A stretch of DNA of 64,000 nucleotides from Dehalococcoidia bacterium (GTDB lineage Bacteria; Chloroflexota; Dehalococcoidia; SM23-28-2; HRBIN24): assembly GCA_035574155.1 (NCBI GenBank), contig DATLZD010000021.1, positions 72,608-136,607 on the forward strand. The letters are read 5' to 3'. A program made the translations under genes and the position numbers. A model generated the notes under the pieces. The model had not been told where the DNA came from and made no database searches. It saw only the letters and a program-made list of their open reading frames with translations. This document shows positions 10,436-20,400 of this stretch, in pieces (within the stretch, counting starts at the first letter, position 1; the number at the start of each line of letters is the position of its first letter).

Positions 10436-11641
10436 TTGAGCGATCTCCTGTCGTTGGTGCCGGAGCCGCTGCGCAACCTGCTGCGTCACCGGTTGCGAAC
10501 GGGCCTGACGGTTATGGGCATCACCATCGGCATCTTTGCCCTGGTGGTCCTGGGGGCGTTGGCGGAGAAGGTGAACCAGTTGGTCGAGGGCGGCGAGGAA
10601 TACCTGTCCAACCGCATAGCCATAACCGATAAAGGGGGAGGGCACCCGTTTTTCGGGGGGTTCGGTCTGGTGCCGGTGTCCTTCGCCGAGAACGTGCGCC
10701 AGGTGCCAGGTGTGGCCTGCGTGGAGACCAGCATCAACCTGCTGCTGGACCCCGAGGGCGGTGCCAGCGTGGGCATGCCCCAGATCATTTCAGGGGTGGT
10801 GGTGGACGAGATCCAGCAGTGCGACCGGGAAGCCCCTTCCCCGGTGGAGTTGAGCTTCGCCCGAGGCGACTGGTGGCGCCAAGGCGAACGGGGCGTAACG
10901 GTGCTCGGGGCCGATGTGGCCGAGCGGCTCAAGGCACGCGTGGGGCAGACCGTGACCCTGCGCGACCACCCCTTCCGGGTGGTAGGCGTCCTGGACCGCA
11001 CCCTCACCGGCCCCGATAACATCGCCTACGTGCCCTTGGACGACGCCCGTGAGCTGCTGAGGGAGTCGCGCCTCTTCTTCTCGGAGATAGACCTATCGGA
11101 CAAGGTGGACACCATCTTCGCCTCGGTCCAGCCCGGCGTGGACGGCGACCGTCTGGCCCGCGATATCGAGGCCCGTTACCCCGACATCCGTGCCTTCGGC
11201 CCCACCGAGCTGAAGGAACCGCTGCAGACCAGCAACATGGTGTTCCAGTTCATCATCCTCGGCGTCGCCATGATCGCCCTCATCGTGGGAGGCCTCTCGG
11301 TCATCAACACCATGGTCATGTCGGTGGCCGAACGGGTCCGCGAGATAGGGATCAAGAAGGCGGTGGGGGCAAGCGATGGCGACATCCTGCGGGAGTACCT
11401 GGCCGAGGCGGTGGCCATCGGCGCCCTGGGCGGCCTGCTGGGGCTGTTGGCCGGCTCCCTGGCGGTCATGGTCCTGAACGACTTCGCCCGCGAGGCGGCC
11501 GGAGGCCCCGTCTTCCTGGTGACGGGACGGCTGGCAGCCGGCTCGGTGGCCTTCGCCGCCTTCCTCGGCGCCGTGGCCGGCCTGCTGCCCGCCTTCCGGG
11601 CGGCGCGGCTGCGGCCGGTGGAGGCCCTGCGGTCCGAGTGA
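10436..11641 (+). CDS. ABC transporter permease, FtsX/MacB-like (MacB periplasmic core + C-terminal 4-TM FtsX domain)
   Basis: N-terminal TM, large extracytoplasmic domain and C-terminal FtsX-type TM bundle; TTG start with GGAGG 8 nt upstream. Confidence 0.75.
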   Translation: MSDLLSLVPEPLRNLLRHRLRTGLTVMGITIGIFALVVLGALAEKVNQLVEGGEEYLSNRIAITDKGGGHPFFGGFGLVPVSFAENVRQVPGVACVETSINLLLDPEGGASVGMPQIISGVVVDEIQQCDREAPSPVELSFARGDWWRQGERGVTVLGADVAERLKARVGQTVTLRDHPFRVVGVLDRTLTGPDNIAYVPLDDARELLRESRLFFSEIDLSDKVDTIFASVQPGVDGDRLARDIEARYPDIRAFGPTELKEPLQTSNMVFQFIILGVAMIALIVGGLSVINTMVMSVAERVREIGIKKAVGASDGDILREYLAEAVAIGALGGLLGLLAGSLAVMVLNDFAREAAGGPVFLVTGRLAAGSVAFAAFLGAVAGLLPAFRAARLRPVEALRSE

Positions 11642-11656
11642 GGAGGTAAGAGTCCC

Positions 11657-12388
11657 GTGGCACAGGAAAGGGTAGCCGGCCAACTGCTCCAGGCGGAGCA
11701 GGCCATCATCGAGGCGCGGGGCCTGGTCAAGACCTACCGCCTAGGAGGCGGCGTGGTGCGGGCGTTGGACCATGTGGACCTGACGGTGGAACGGGGCGAA
11801 CTGATGGCGGTCATGGGACGCTCGGGCTCCGGCAAGACCACCCTGCTGAACGTCCTGGGAGGCCTGGACCGCCCCGATGAGGGGCAGGTGGTCATCGACG
11901 GCGTGGACATCGCCCGCCTTAATGGGCGCCAACTGCCACGGCTGCGCCGCGAGAAGGTGGGCTTCGTCTTCCAGGAGTTCAACCTGATCCCCACCCTGAC
12001 GGCCCTGGAGAATGTTGAGCTGCCCCTTCGCTACGCTGGGGTGCCCAGGGCAGAGCGACGGCGGAGGGCCATGGAGGCCCTGGCCCTGGTCGGCATGGAC
12101 CACCGCGCACGTCACCGGCCGTCCCAGCTATCGGGGGGAGAGCAGCAGCGGGTGGCCCTCGCGCGGGCGCTGGTCAGTCGACCGGCCATCGTCCTGGCGG
12201 ACGAGCCCACGGGGGAGCTGGACACTCACACAGCGGCGCAGGTGATGGAGCTGGTCCAGCGCCTGAACCGGGAGACGGGCCAGACCTTCATCATCGTTAC
12301 CCACGACCCGGCCATCGCCCAACGCTGTCGTCGGGTGGTGCGCATGGAGGACGGACGCATCGTCAGCGACCAACGCCAAGGAGAGTGA
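11657..12388 (+). CDS. ABC transporter ATP-binding protein (MacB/LolD-type)
   Basis: Walker [10 protein letters not shown], signature LSGGEQQR, Walker [13 protein letters not shown]; GTG start 10 nt after AGGAGG. Confidence 0.85.
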   Translation: MAQERVAGQLLQAEQAIIEARGLVKTYRLGGGVVRALDHVDLTVERGELMAVMGRSGSGKTTLLNVLGGLDRPDEGQVVIDGVDIARLNGRQLPRLRREKVGFVFQEFNLIPTLTALENVELPLRYAGVPRAERRRRAMEALALVGMDHRARHRPSQLSGGEQQRVALARALVSRPAIVLADEPTGELDTHTAAQVMELVQRLNRETGQTFIIVTHDPAIAQRCRRVVRMEDGRIVSDQRQGE

Positions 12389-12397
12389 CGGTCCGGG

Positions 12398-12406
12398 TGC
12401 TATAAT
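12398..12406 (+). promoter_or_regulatory. Extended -10 promoter TGcTATAAT in front of the toxin-antitoxin pair
   Basis: Perfect TGnTATAAT read in sequence; the predicted TSS is ~4 nt before ATG 12417, implying a leaderless antitoxin mRNA. Confidence 0.35.
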
Positions 12407-12416
12407 GGGGCCAGCC

Positions 12417-12662
12417 ATGACCAGGGAACGCTTACATCGTCTCATAGATCGAGCCTCCGAGGAGGACTTGGCCATTGTTGAGCACCTCCTCCTTCACCTG
12501 TTGGCCTGTCGCGATCCGGTCTTGCGCAGCCTGATCCGTGCCCAAGCCGAGGAGGAGGGCCTGACACAAGCGGATGAGACGGCCGTCGAAGGGGGACTTC
12601 GGGACGTCCGCGAAGGACGGACGCGACCCACGGCCGAGGTTCGCCGCCTCCTCGGACTGTGA
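12417..12662 (+). CDS. Putative type II antitoxin (small acidic protein, family not assigned)
   Basis: 81-aa acidic protein whose stop overlaps the RelE/ParE start by GTGA; ATG 12405 is an alternative start. Confidence 0.5.
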   Translation: MTRERLHRLIDRASEEDLAIVEHLLLHLLACRDPVLRSLIRAQAEEEGLTQADETAVEGGLRDVREGRTRPTAEVRRLLGL

Positions 12663-12919
12663 GCTGGCAAGTAGAGTGGAGCGAGCGGGCGATAACCGAC
12701 CTGCGTTGGCTGCCCGCGCGGGACGCCAAAAGGGTCATCGAGGCAGTGGAACGATACGCCCAGTCGGGTCACGGCGACATACGTAAGATCCGGGGCAGGG
12801 ACGCGCTGTTCCGGTTACGTATTGGGACTTGGAGAGTCCTGTTCACCCCCGACGTCGACTCTCGACGCATCTACGTGCTCACGGTCAGGCACCGTAGGGA
12901 GGCCTACCGGGACATGTGA
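12659..12919 (+). CDS. RelE/ParE-family type II toxin
   Basis: 86 aa with the typical RelE/ParE pattern; GTG start overlapping the antitoxin stop. Confidence 0.7.
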   Translation: MSWQVEWSERAITDLRWLPARDAKRVIEAVERYAQSGHGDIRKIRGRDALFRLRIGTWRVLFTPDVDSRRIYVLTVRHRREAYRDM

Positions 12920-12946
12920 GGTCGCGAAGGCTAGAGGTGGTGAACG

Positions 12947-13513
12947 TTGGTCCTGCTAATCGATAACTACGACAGTTTCACCTACAACCTCTACCAGCTC
13001 CTGTCGGAGCTGGGCGCAGAGGTGTTGGTGGTGCGCAACGACCGCACGACCGTCGACGACGTCGAGGCCATGCGTCCTCAGGGCATCGTCATCTCCCCCG
13101 GCCCCTGCACGCCGCGAGAGGCAGGCATATCGGTGGAGCTGGTGCGACGGCTGGCCGGCAGGGTGCCCATCCTTGGGGTCTGCCTCGGTCACCAGTGCAT
13201 TGGCGAGGCCTTCGGTGGGCGAGTGGTGGGTGCCGGCGAGATCGTCCACGGCAAGACGTCCCTCGTCCACCATACGGGCCAGGGCGTCCTGCGGGGCCTG
13301 CCCGACCCCTTCCCGGCCGTCCGCTACCACTCGTTGGTGGTGGAGCGGGACTCGCTGCCGGAAGAGCTGGAGGTGACGGCCTGGACGGACAAAGGCCTGG
13401 TCATGGGGCTGCGCCACCGCCGCCTGCCGGTGGAGGGGGTCCAGTTCCACCCCGAGTCCATCGCCACCCCGGTGGGCAAGCAGATACTGCGGAACTTCCT
13501 GGGGTCGCTATGA
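12947..13513 (+). CDS. trpG: Anthranilate synthase component II (glutamine amidotransferase TrpG/PabA)
   Basis: LLIDNYDSFTYNL start and GATase triad context GVCLGHQ; TTG start after AGAGGTGG. Confidence 0.85.
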   Translation: MVLLIDNYDSFTYNLYQLLSELGAEVLVVRNDRTTVDDVEAMRPQGIVISPGPCTPREAGISVELVRRLAGRVPILGVCLGHQCIGEAFGGRVVGAGEIVHGKTSLVHHTGQGVLRGLPDPFPAVRYHSLVVERDSLPEELEVTAWTDKGLVMGLRHRRLPVEGVQFHPESIATPVGKQILRNFLGSL

Positions 13514-14541
13514 TCCGCGAGGCCATCGCTGCCCTGGTCAACGAGGGCCGCCACCTGTCAGAGGAGGAGGCGGCCGCCGTCATGACAGAGGTGATGGAGG
13601 GGCAGGCCACCCCCGCCCAGCTGGCCGCCCTCCTGGTGGCCCTACGCCTGCGAGACGAGACGGTGGACGAGCTGGTGGGCATGGCCCGCGTCATGCGCCG
13701 CTTCGCCCTGCGCGTCCCCCTGGAGCCTCCCCTCCTGGACACTTGCGGGACCGGCGGCGACGGCCGCGGCACGTTCAACGCCTCCACGGCGGCAGCCATC
13801 GTGGCGGCGGCGGCCGGGGCGCGGGTGGCCAAGCACGGCAACCGTGCCGCCTCCTCCCGCTGCGGCTCCGCCGACCTGCTGGAAGCCCTGGGCGCCCGCA
13901 TCGAGCTAGGACCGGAGCAAGTGGCCCGCTGCGTGCAGGAGGTGGGCATGGGCTTCATGTTCGCCCCCTCCTTCCATCCGGCCATGAGGCACGCAGCCGC
14001 CCCCCGGCGGGAGATCGGCCTGCGCACCGTCTTCAACCTTCTGGGCCCCCTCACCAACCCGGCCGGGGCCAGCCACCAACTGCTGGGGGTCCCAGACGCC
14101 GCCGTCGGCGAGAAGATGGCCCAGGCCCTTCTCCGCCTCGGCGTCCGCCGGGCGCTGGTGGTCCACGGCAGCGACGGTCTGGACGAGGTCAGCCCCTCGG
14201 CACCGACCCTTGTCTGGGAGGTGGCGGGGGGAGACGTGCGCCACTACCAGGTGGCCCCCGAGGACGCCGGCCTGGCGCCGGTGCCCTTGACGGCCGTTTG
14301 CTCCAGCGACCCCCAGGAGAACGCGGACCTGCTGCGGGCGGTGCTCTCGGGCCAGCGGCTCCCCCTGCGCAACTTCGTGCTCCTCAACGCCGGCGCCGCC
14401 CTGATGGCCGCCGAGATGGTCGGGAGCTTGAGGGAGGGCGTGGCCCTCGCCGCCGAGGCCATCGATAGCGGCGCCGCAGCCCGTAAGCTGGAAGAGTTCG
14501 TTGCCGCCACCCAGGGCCTGGCCGAGGCGGTGTCCCCATGA
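13510..14541 (+). CDS. trpD: Anthranilate phosphoribosyltransferase
   Basis: Motif GTGGDG and TrpD-family features; ATGA overlap with the trpG stop. Confidence 0.9.
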   Translation: MIREAIAALVNEGRHLSEEEAAAVMTEVMEGQATPAQLAALLVALRLRDETVDELVGMARVMRRFALRVPLEPPLLDTCGTGGDGRGTFNASTAAAIVAAAAGARVAKHGNRAASSRCGSADLLEALGARIELGPEQVARCVQEVGMGFMFAPSFHPAMRHAAAPRREIGLRTVFNLLGPLTNPAGASHQLLGVPDAAVGEKMAQALLRLGVRRALVVHGSDGLDEVSPSAPTLVWEVAGGDVRHYQVAPEDAGLAPVPLTAVCSSDPQENADLLRAVLSGQRLPLRNFVLLNAGAALMAAEMVGSLREGVALAAEAIDSGAAARKLEEFVAATQGLAEAVSP

Positions 14542-15332
14542 GCGCCCCCTCCATCCTGGACGAGATCGTGGCCCACAAGCGGCAGGAGGTGGCCGCCGCC
14601 AAGGAGCGGCTTCCCTGGCGCGAGCTCGAGCGCCGGCTGGCACAGGTGCCTCCCCTCCGGCCCTTCGCCGCCGCCCTGCGGGGGCCGGGGCTGGCCCTCA
14701 TCGCCGAGGTGAAGGCCAGGAGCCCCTCCCGCGGCCTGCTGCGTCCGGACCTGGACCCGGCGGCCCTGGCCACGACCTACGCCCGCGCCGGCGCCGCGGC
14801 CATCTCCGTGCTCACCGACGAGAAGTATTTCGGCGGCTCCCTGGACCACCTGCGCCAGGTTCGCGAGGCCCTGCCCGATGGTCCGCCCCTGCTGCGCAAG
14901 GACTTCGTCATCGACCCATACCAGGTCTTGGAGGCGCGGGCGGCTGGCGCCGATGCCGTCCTCCTCATCGCGGCCGCCCTGGAGCACAAGGAGCTCGAAA
15001 GGCTGCTAGCGACAGCGCGGGACCTGGGCATGGACGCCCTGGTGGAGGTCCACGACGAGGCCGAGCTAGAGGCAGCCCTGGCAGCCGGTGCCGACCTGGT
15101 GGGCATCAACAACCGGGACCTGCGGACCTTCCGGGTGGACCTGGAGACCACCGTCCGCCTGCGCCCCCTGGTCCCGCCGGGCGTGACGGTGGTGGCCGAG
15201 TCGGGCATCCACACGCGGCAGGACGCTGCCCGCCTGGCCGCGCTGGGCGTGGACGCCATCCTGGTGGGGGAGGCGCTGGTGACGGCCCCGGACCCAGCCC
15301 TGAAGGTGCAGGAGCTGTCCTGCCCGGACTGA
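14538..15332 (+). CDS. trpC: Indole-3-glycerol phosphate synthase
   Basis: IGPS TIM-barrel motifs (LIAEVKARSPS, GINNRDL); ATGA overlap with trpD. Confidence 0.9.
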   Translation: MSAPSILDEIVAHKRQEVAAAKERLPWRELERRLAQVPPLRPFAAALRGPGLALIAEVKARSPSRGLLRPDLDPAALATTYARAGAAAISVLTDEKYFGGSLDHLRQVREALPDGPPLLRKDFVIDPYQVLEARAAGADAVLLIAAALEHKELERLLATARDLGMDALVEVHDEAELEAALAAGADLVGINNRDLRTFRVDLETTVRLRPLVPPGVTVVAESGIHTRQDAARLAALGVDAILVGEALVTAPDPALKVQELSCPD

Positions 15333-15369
15333 CCATGGGCCGCTGTGACCAGGGCAGCGCCGCCGGTGT

Positions 15370-16104
15370 ATGATGGGCCTGCCTGAGGTGGAGGCGGTGG
15401 GCGCTGGCCCCTGTCTGGTCAAGATCTGCGGGGTGACGGAGCCCCAGCATGCGCGGGCGGCGGCCGCCCTGGGCGCCGACTTCGTGGGCGTCGTCTTCGC
15501 CCCCAGCCGTCGGCAGGTGACCCTGGGCCAGGCCCAGAAGATAGCCATCGCCCTGGGCAAGCTGGACAGGCCCCCGGAGCCCCTGAGCGCCCCTGTCAGC
15601 ACCGTCGACATTGAGCGGCTGTTGGCCCGCTCGCGCCCCCTGCTGGTGGGAGTCTTTGCCGACCAGGACAGCGACACCATCAACGCCATCGCCGACCAGT
15701 GCCGCCTGGACATCGTGCAGCTTTCGGGGTCAGAGCCATGGCAGGTGTGCTTCCAGGTCCGGCGGCCCGTTTTCAAGTGCCTCAAGGTGAGGCCAGGACA
15801 GACGGCGGACGAGGTGCTGGCGGGCATCGGTCAGGGGGCAGTGCCGCTGCTGGACCCCTATGTGCCGGGCGCCTACGGCGGCACGGGCCAGATGCTGGAC
15901 TGGACGGTAGCTGCGGCCGTGGCGCGAGAGGTGCCCATCATCCTGGCAGGGGGACTGACCCCCGACAACGTGGCCGAGGCGGTCCGGAAGGTCCGCCCCT
16001 GGGCGGTGGACGTGTCCAGCGGCGTGGAGACGGAAGGGGTGAAGGACCTGGACAAGGTGCGGGCCTTCATCCTGGCGGCCAAGGCAGCCCTCACCACCCC
16101 GTGA
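15370..16104 (+). CDS. trpF: Phosphoribosylanthranilate isomerase
   Basis: VKICGVT at the N-terminus is typical of PRAI; the start may be a downstream GTG. Confidence 0.8.
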   Translation: MMGLPEVEAVGAGPCLVKICGVTEPQHARAAAALGADFVGVVFAPSRRQVTLGQAQKIAIALGKLDRPPEPLSAPVSTVDIERLLARSRPLLVGVFADQDSDTINAIADQCRLDIVQLSGSEPWQVCFQVRRPVFKCLKVRPGQTADEVLAGIGQGAVPLLDPYVPGAYGGTGQMLDWTVAAAVAREVPIILAGGLTPDNVAEAVRKVRPWAVDVSSGVETEGVKDLDKVRAFILAAKAALTTP

Positions 16105-16451
16105 GGGAGCCAGTACGGCCCCCCGGCCGGCCGCTCGCCTTGGCCCTGCCTGGGACCACCGTCCCAGCTCTCTTTCCCGCCGCCGTGGCCGTTGCTATCA
16201 TAGGCAGGAGGCGCTAGCTGCCGGGGGTCACTTGTTGAAGGTGAGCGAGGTAGGCGAGGGGCACCGCCGCCCCCATCTCTCCTATCTGCACACGGCCGTA
16301 GCCTGTCTTGGGCGGCGTGCCGCCGGCGCCTCCATGCGGCGGGGCCCGCCGGTAGCCCGGACGGTGGGCTTAAGGCCCACCGCAGCATGGGCCGTATGCT
16401 GCCTGCAAGGGCCGTCCCTGTCCCTCCTCCCCCCGACATGCTGGGTGGGCC
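16105..16451 (+). other. 347-nt non-coding spacer between trpF and trpB with tandem hairpins and a C-rich tract; putative internal leader/attenuator
   Basis: No credible ORF; hairpins GGTGGGC-ttaag-GCCCACC and GCAGCAT-gggccgt-ATGCTGC, then tccctcctcccccc complementary to G-rich SD-like sequences. Confidence 0.3.
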
Positions 16452-17657
16452 ATGTCCAGCCCTAGCAACGGCCTACCCGACGCTGCCGGTCGCTTCGGTC
16501 CCTTCGGCGGGCGCTACGTCCCTGAGACCCTCATGGCCCCCCTCCAAGAGCTGGAGGAGGCCTACCTGGCCGCCCGCGACGACCCCGCCTTTCAGTCCGA
16601 GCTGGACGCCCTGCTGCGGGACTACGCCGGGCGGCCCACGCCCCTCTACTTCGCCCGCCGCCTCACGGAGCGCATCGGCGGTGCCAAGATATATCTCAAG
16701 CGCGAGGACCTGGCCCACACCGGCGCCCACAAGATCAACAACGCTCTGGGCCAAGGGCTGTTGGCCAAGCGCCTGGGAAAGAGACGCATCGTGGCCGAGA
16801 CGGGGGCGGGGCAGCATGGAGTGGCCACCGCCACCGTCTGCGCCCTCCTGGGACTGGAGTGCGTGGTCTACATGGGCGCCGAGGACGTGCGCCGCCAGTC
16901 CCCCAACGTCTTCCGCATGCGGCTGCTGGGGGCCGAGGTGCGGGCCGTAGAGTCGGGCACCCGCACCCTCAAGGACGCCATCAACGAGGCCCTGCGCGAC
17001 TGGGTGACCAACGTCCGCACCACCCACTACCTGTTGGGCAGCGCCGTCGGCCCACACCCCTATCCCATGCTGGTGCGCGACTTCCAGTCGGTCATCGGCC
17101 GCGAGGCGCGGGAGCAGATGCTGGCCCGGGAGGGACGCCTGCCCGATTACGCTGTGGCCTGCGTGGGAGGGGGCTCCAACGCCATCGGCCTGTTTTACCC
17201 CTTCTATGGGGACCGGCAGGTCCAGTTGGTAGGCGTGGAAGCAGCGGGCCGCGGCGTCGAGACGGGCCAGCATGCCGCCAGCCTGGTGGCCGGTCGCCCG
17301 GGCGTCCTGCACGGCGCCTACTCCTACCTGCTGCAGGACGAGCACGGACAGGTCCTGGGGACCCACTCCATCTCCGCTGGCCTCGACTATCCGGGGGTCG
17401 GACCGGAACATGCCTACCTCAAGGAGACGGGGCGTGCCCGCTACGTGGCCGTGGGCGACGACGGGGCGTTGGAAGGCTTTCGGCTCCTGGCCGAGACGGA
17501 GGGGATCCTGCCAGCACTGGAGCCTGCGCACGCCGTCCACTACGCGGCCCAGCTGGCATCCCAGCTGCCCCCGGAGGCCATCGTGCTGGTCTGCCTCTCG
17601 GGGCGCGGCGACAAGGACCTGGGGGTAGTCGCCCAGGCCCTAGGCGTGCATATCTAG
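16452..17657 (+). CDS. trpB: Tryptophan synthase beta chain (TrpB1)
   Basis: Full-length TrpB with HTGAHKINN and GGGSNAIG motifs. Confidence 0.9.
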   Translation: MSSPSNGLPDAAGRFGPFGGRYVPETLMAPLQELEEAYLAARDDPAFQSELDALLRDYAGRPTPLYFARRLTERIGGAKIYLKREDLAHTGAHKINNALGQGLLAKRLGKRRIVAETGAGQHGVATATVCALLGLECVVYMGAEDVRRQSPNVFRMRLLGAEVRAVESGTRTLKDAINEALRDWVTNVRTTHYLLGSAVGPHPYPMLVRDFQSVIGREAREQMLAREGRLPDYAVACVGGGSNAIGLFYPFYGDRQVQLVGVEAAGRGVETGQHAASLVAGRPGVLHGAYSYLLQDEHGQVLGTHSISAGLDYPGVGPEHAYLKETGRARYVAVGDDGALEGFRLLAETEGILPALEPAHAVHYAAQLASQLPPEAIVLVCLSGRGDKDLGVVAQALGVHI

Positions 17658-18160
17658 CCTGCAGGGCCACGCCAGACGGTGCGGACCTTGTAGACCGGTA
17701 GCCTGCTGCCGACCGCCTCCACCGCCAACACCTCCAGTCCGTCCATGTCGGCGCAGGTGGTGACGTGACGCTGGACGAGGCGGCCCAGGGGCTGGGCCAC
17801 CACGGTGGCCAGCATGGCCGCCAGCAGCGCCTGGGGCAGCCGCTCCCATCTCCCTGACCGGCGGGCCACCAAGAAGGCGGAGAGGCCCGTCAGCAGGCCC
17901 GTGAGGGAGATGTTGGTCCCGCACAGGGGAGAAACGGCCAGATAGGACTCGCCCCGTCGCAGACGGGCCAGGGCCTCTAGGACCGACGCCTGCAGGTCTT
18001 CGGCCCCCACCCGCCCCACGATGTAGAACCCGTCCCCGCTGGCCCGGCCCAGCAGTTGGACTGGCCTGCCCAGTCGCGACAGCAGGACAGCGATGGTGGC
18101 GTGCTCCAGGGCATGGTTGCGGCGCACGGCCTCCACGTGACGCCGGACAGCGTCTATCAC
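17654..18160 (-). CDS. Conserved hypothetical protein (169 aa)
   Basis: GTG start in a GTGA overlap with the dedA stop, GGAGGAGG SD upstream; no family assigned from sequence. Confidence 0.45.
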   Translation of the reverse strand: MIDAVRRHVEAVRRNHALEHATIAVLLSRLGRPVQLLGRASGDGFYIVGRVGAEDLQASVLEALARLRRGESYLAVSPLCGTNISLTGLLTGLSAFLVARRSGRWERLPQALLAAMLATVVAQPLGRLVQRHVTTCADMDGLEVLAVEAVGSRLPVYKVRTVWRGPAG

Positions 18161-18831
18161 TCCTTCACCTCCTCCACCGCCGCCGTCGGACGGCCCTTGG
18201 CGCTGTGGCCGAAGGCCTCCCGCAGGCGCCGTCCGTAGTAGATGATGACCGCCAGGGCCAGCAGGGCAGCCAAGGGCAGGCTCACCGGGCGGAACCACTC
18301 CATGAGCTTCTGCCAGTGCTCCCCCAGCAGGTAGCCGGCCGTTGCCAGGCCCAGCGACCAGGGATAGGAGCCCAGGAAGGTGAAGACGGCAAAGCGGACT
18401 GGCTCGGCCCTAGCGACCCCGGCCGGCAGGCTGATGAAGGTCCGCACCACCGGCAACAGCCGCGAGAAGAAGGCCGATGCCTCACCGTGGCGGCGGAAAA
18501 AGCGGTCGGCCAGCGCCAGCTCCCCAGGGCTGATGAGCAGGTAGCGGCCGTAACGCTCCAGAAAGGGTCGCCCCGCCCAGGCCCCCACCAGGTAGGCCAG
18601 CATCGAGCCCGCCAGGTTGCCGATGGCCCCGTAGAGGCCGGCCAGCAGCAGCCACTCGGCCCCCAGCCCCTTTTCCTTCACCAGGAACCAGCCGGCCAGG
18701 GGCATGATGACCTCGCTGGGGAAGGGGACGCAGGCGCTCTCCACCGCCATGAGGACGACCACCCCTGGCCAGCCGATGGCCTCGTAGAGGTGGCGGGCCA
18801 GCTCCAGGAGCCGGTCCTCAATGCCGGACAT
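18157..18831 (-). CDS. DedA/SNARE-associated (VTT-domain) membrane protein
   Basis: Multi-TM protein with the DedA-family signature region; start taken at MSGIED... Confidence 0.7.
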   Translation of the reverse strand: MSGIEDRLLELARHLYEAIGWPGVVVLMAVESACVPFPSEVIMPLAGWFLVKEKGLGAEWLLLAGLYGAIGNLAGSMLAYLVGAWAGRPFLERYGRYLLISPGELALADRFFRRHGEASAFFSRLLPVVRTFISLPAGVARAEPVRFAVFTFLGSYPWSLGLATAGYLLGEHWQKLMEWFRPVSLPLAALLALAVIIYYGRRLREAFGHSAKGRPTAAVEEVKE

Positions 18832-18968
18832 CACCCTCCAGTATGCCATAGGACACGGCCGTGGCGCGGCCGCCTGTGCCTTTCGCTGCTGCAACGGGTA
18901 TAATGGCTTAGTGCAATATCGTGGCGCCGCCCGCTGGTCGACGGCGCTGGGAGGGTGAGGTCTAGACC

Positions 18969-20369
18969 GTGGACAGGAAGCCGCGCACCGTCGGGGAGCT
19001 GAGGGACTCCGGCTACAAGATCCTCTCCGTAAAGGCGGAAATGCGCAAGAACCTCATCGAGAAGATGCGGCGCCGGGAACCCCTCTTCCCGGGCATCATC
19101 GGCTATGACGAGACCGTCATCCCCCAGCTACAGAACGCCATCCTGGCCGGACAGGACATCATCTTCCTGGGAGAGCGGGGACAGGCCAAGTCGCGCCTCA
19201 TCCGCTCCCTGGTGGGCCTGCTGGACGAGGAGATACCCATAGTCGCCGGCTGCGAGATCAACGACAACCCCTTCGCCCCCATCTGCCGCCGCTGCCGCGA
19301 GTGGCTGGCCGAGGAGGGGGACAACGTAGAGATAGAGTGGATCGACCGAGAGCGGCGCTACGGCGAGAAGCTGGCCACCCCGGACATCACCATCGCCGAC
19401 CTCATCGGCGAAGTGGACCCCATCAAGGTGGCCGAGGGGCGCTACCTGGCCGATGAGCTGACCATCCACTACGGCCTGATTCCGCGCCATAACCGGGGCA
19501 TCTTCTGCATCAACGAGCTGCCCGACCTGGCCGAGCGCATCCAGGTGGGACTGCTGAACATCATGGAGGAGCGCGACGTCCAGATCCGCGGCTACCGCAT
19601 CAGGCTGCCGCTGGACGTGTTGGTGGTGGCATCGGCCAACCCCGAGGACTACACCAACCGTGGCCGCATCATCACCCCCCTCAAGGACCGCTACGGCGCC
19701 CAGATCCGCACCCACTACCCGCGCACGGTGGAGCATGAGATCGCCATCATGGAGCAGGAGCGCACCGTGTTCGAGGGGGAGGAGGAGAGGCCGGTCCAGA
19801 CTCCCCAGTTCATGAAGGAGATCGTGGCCGAGGTGACTCGCCTGGCCCGTCGCAGCCCGGACGTCAACCAGCGCTCCGGCGTTTCGGTGCGGGCGTCCAT
19901 CACCAGCTACGAGGCCCTGCTGGCCAACGCCCTGCGCCGCGCCATCCTGCTCGACGAGCCGGTGGCCGTCCCCCGCATCACCGACCTGCCCTACATCCTG
20001 CCCGCCCTCTCGGGCAAGCTGGAGTTCGAGACGGTGGAGGAAGGCAGGGAGGACCAGATCATGGAGCGGCTGCTCCAGGGCGCGGTGCTGGCCGTCTTCA
20101 ACCGCTACTTCAGCATCGGCGAGCTGGACAAGGTGGTGTCCCGCTTCCGCGGCGGCTATGTGGTGGAGGTCTCGGACCTGGCCCCGGCCGACGCCTACGA
20201 GGCCATCGCCCACCAGGTGGAGGGCCTGCAGGAGGCGGCCAAGAAGCTGGAATGCGACGGGAGCCCCCAGCTCCTGGCATCGGCGGTCGAGTTCGTGCTG
20301 GAGGGCCTCCACCTCAGTAAGCGCCTCAACAAGGAGAGGCTGGCCGGTCGTGTCCAGTACCGGTCGTGA
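18969..20369 (+). CDS. AAA+ ATPase, Mg-chelatase ChlI/BchI-like (COG1239-type)
   Basis: Walker A GERGQAKS and ChlI-like AAA+ core; GTG start after GGAGGGTGAGG. Confidence 0.75.
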   Translation: MDRKPRTVGELRDSGYKILSVKAEMRKNLIEKMRRREPLFPGIIGYDETVIPQLQNAILAGQDIIFLGERGQAKSRLIRSLVGLLDEEIPIVAGCEINDNPFAPICRRCREWLAEEGDNVEIEWIDRERRYGEKLATPDITIADLIGEVDPIKVAEGRYLADELTIHYGLIPRHNRGIFCINELPDLAERIQVGLLNIMEERDVQIRGYRIRLPLDVLVVASANPEDYTNRGRIITPLKDRYGAQIRTHYPRTVEHEIAIMEQERTVFEGEEERPVQTPQFMKEIVAEVTRLARRSPDVNQRSGVSVRASITSYEALLANALRRAILLDEPVAVPRITDLPYILPALSGKLEFETVEEGREDQIMERLLQGAVLAVFNRYFSIGELDKVVSRFRGGYVVEVSDLAPADAYEAIAHQVEGLQEAAKKLECDGSPQLLASAVEFVLEGLHLSKRLNKERLAGRVQYRS

Positions 20370-20400
20370 GCCCCAGGACCCCATCGTCCAACGGCCCCAC

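Noticed and set aside
13195-15450. Many overlapping antisense and alternate-frame ORFs (for example 13743-14468 +, 14244-14987 -, 15066-15827 -)
   Set aside because: High GC content creates long open frames on all strands. They overlap well-supported trp genes and encode low-complexity Arg/Gly/Pro-rich products.
16300-16400. Possible second T-box upstream of trpB (GGTGGG...CCCACCGC)
   Set aside because: It lacks the contiguous AGGGUGGNACCGCG consensus. The sequence forms a simple hairpin instead.
16232-16465. 77-aa plus-strand ORF inside the trpF-trpB spacer
   Set aside because: No SD, an odd composition, and it overlaps the trpB start. The region is better explained as a structured RNA leader.
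18895-18968. TATAAT at ~18899 as a promoter for the AAA+ gene
   Set aside because: There is no acceptable -35 or TG extension. It is a possible but weak promoter, so it is not listed as a feature.
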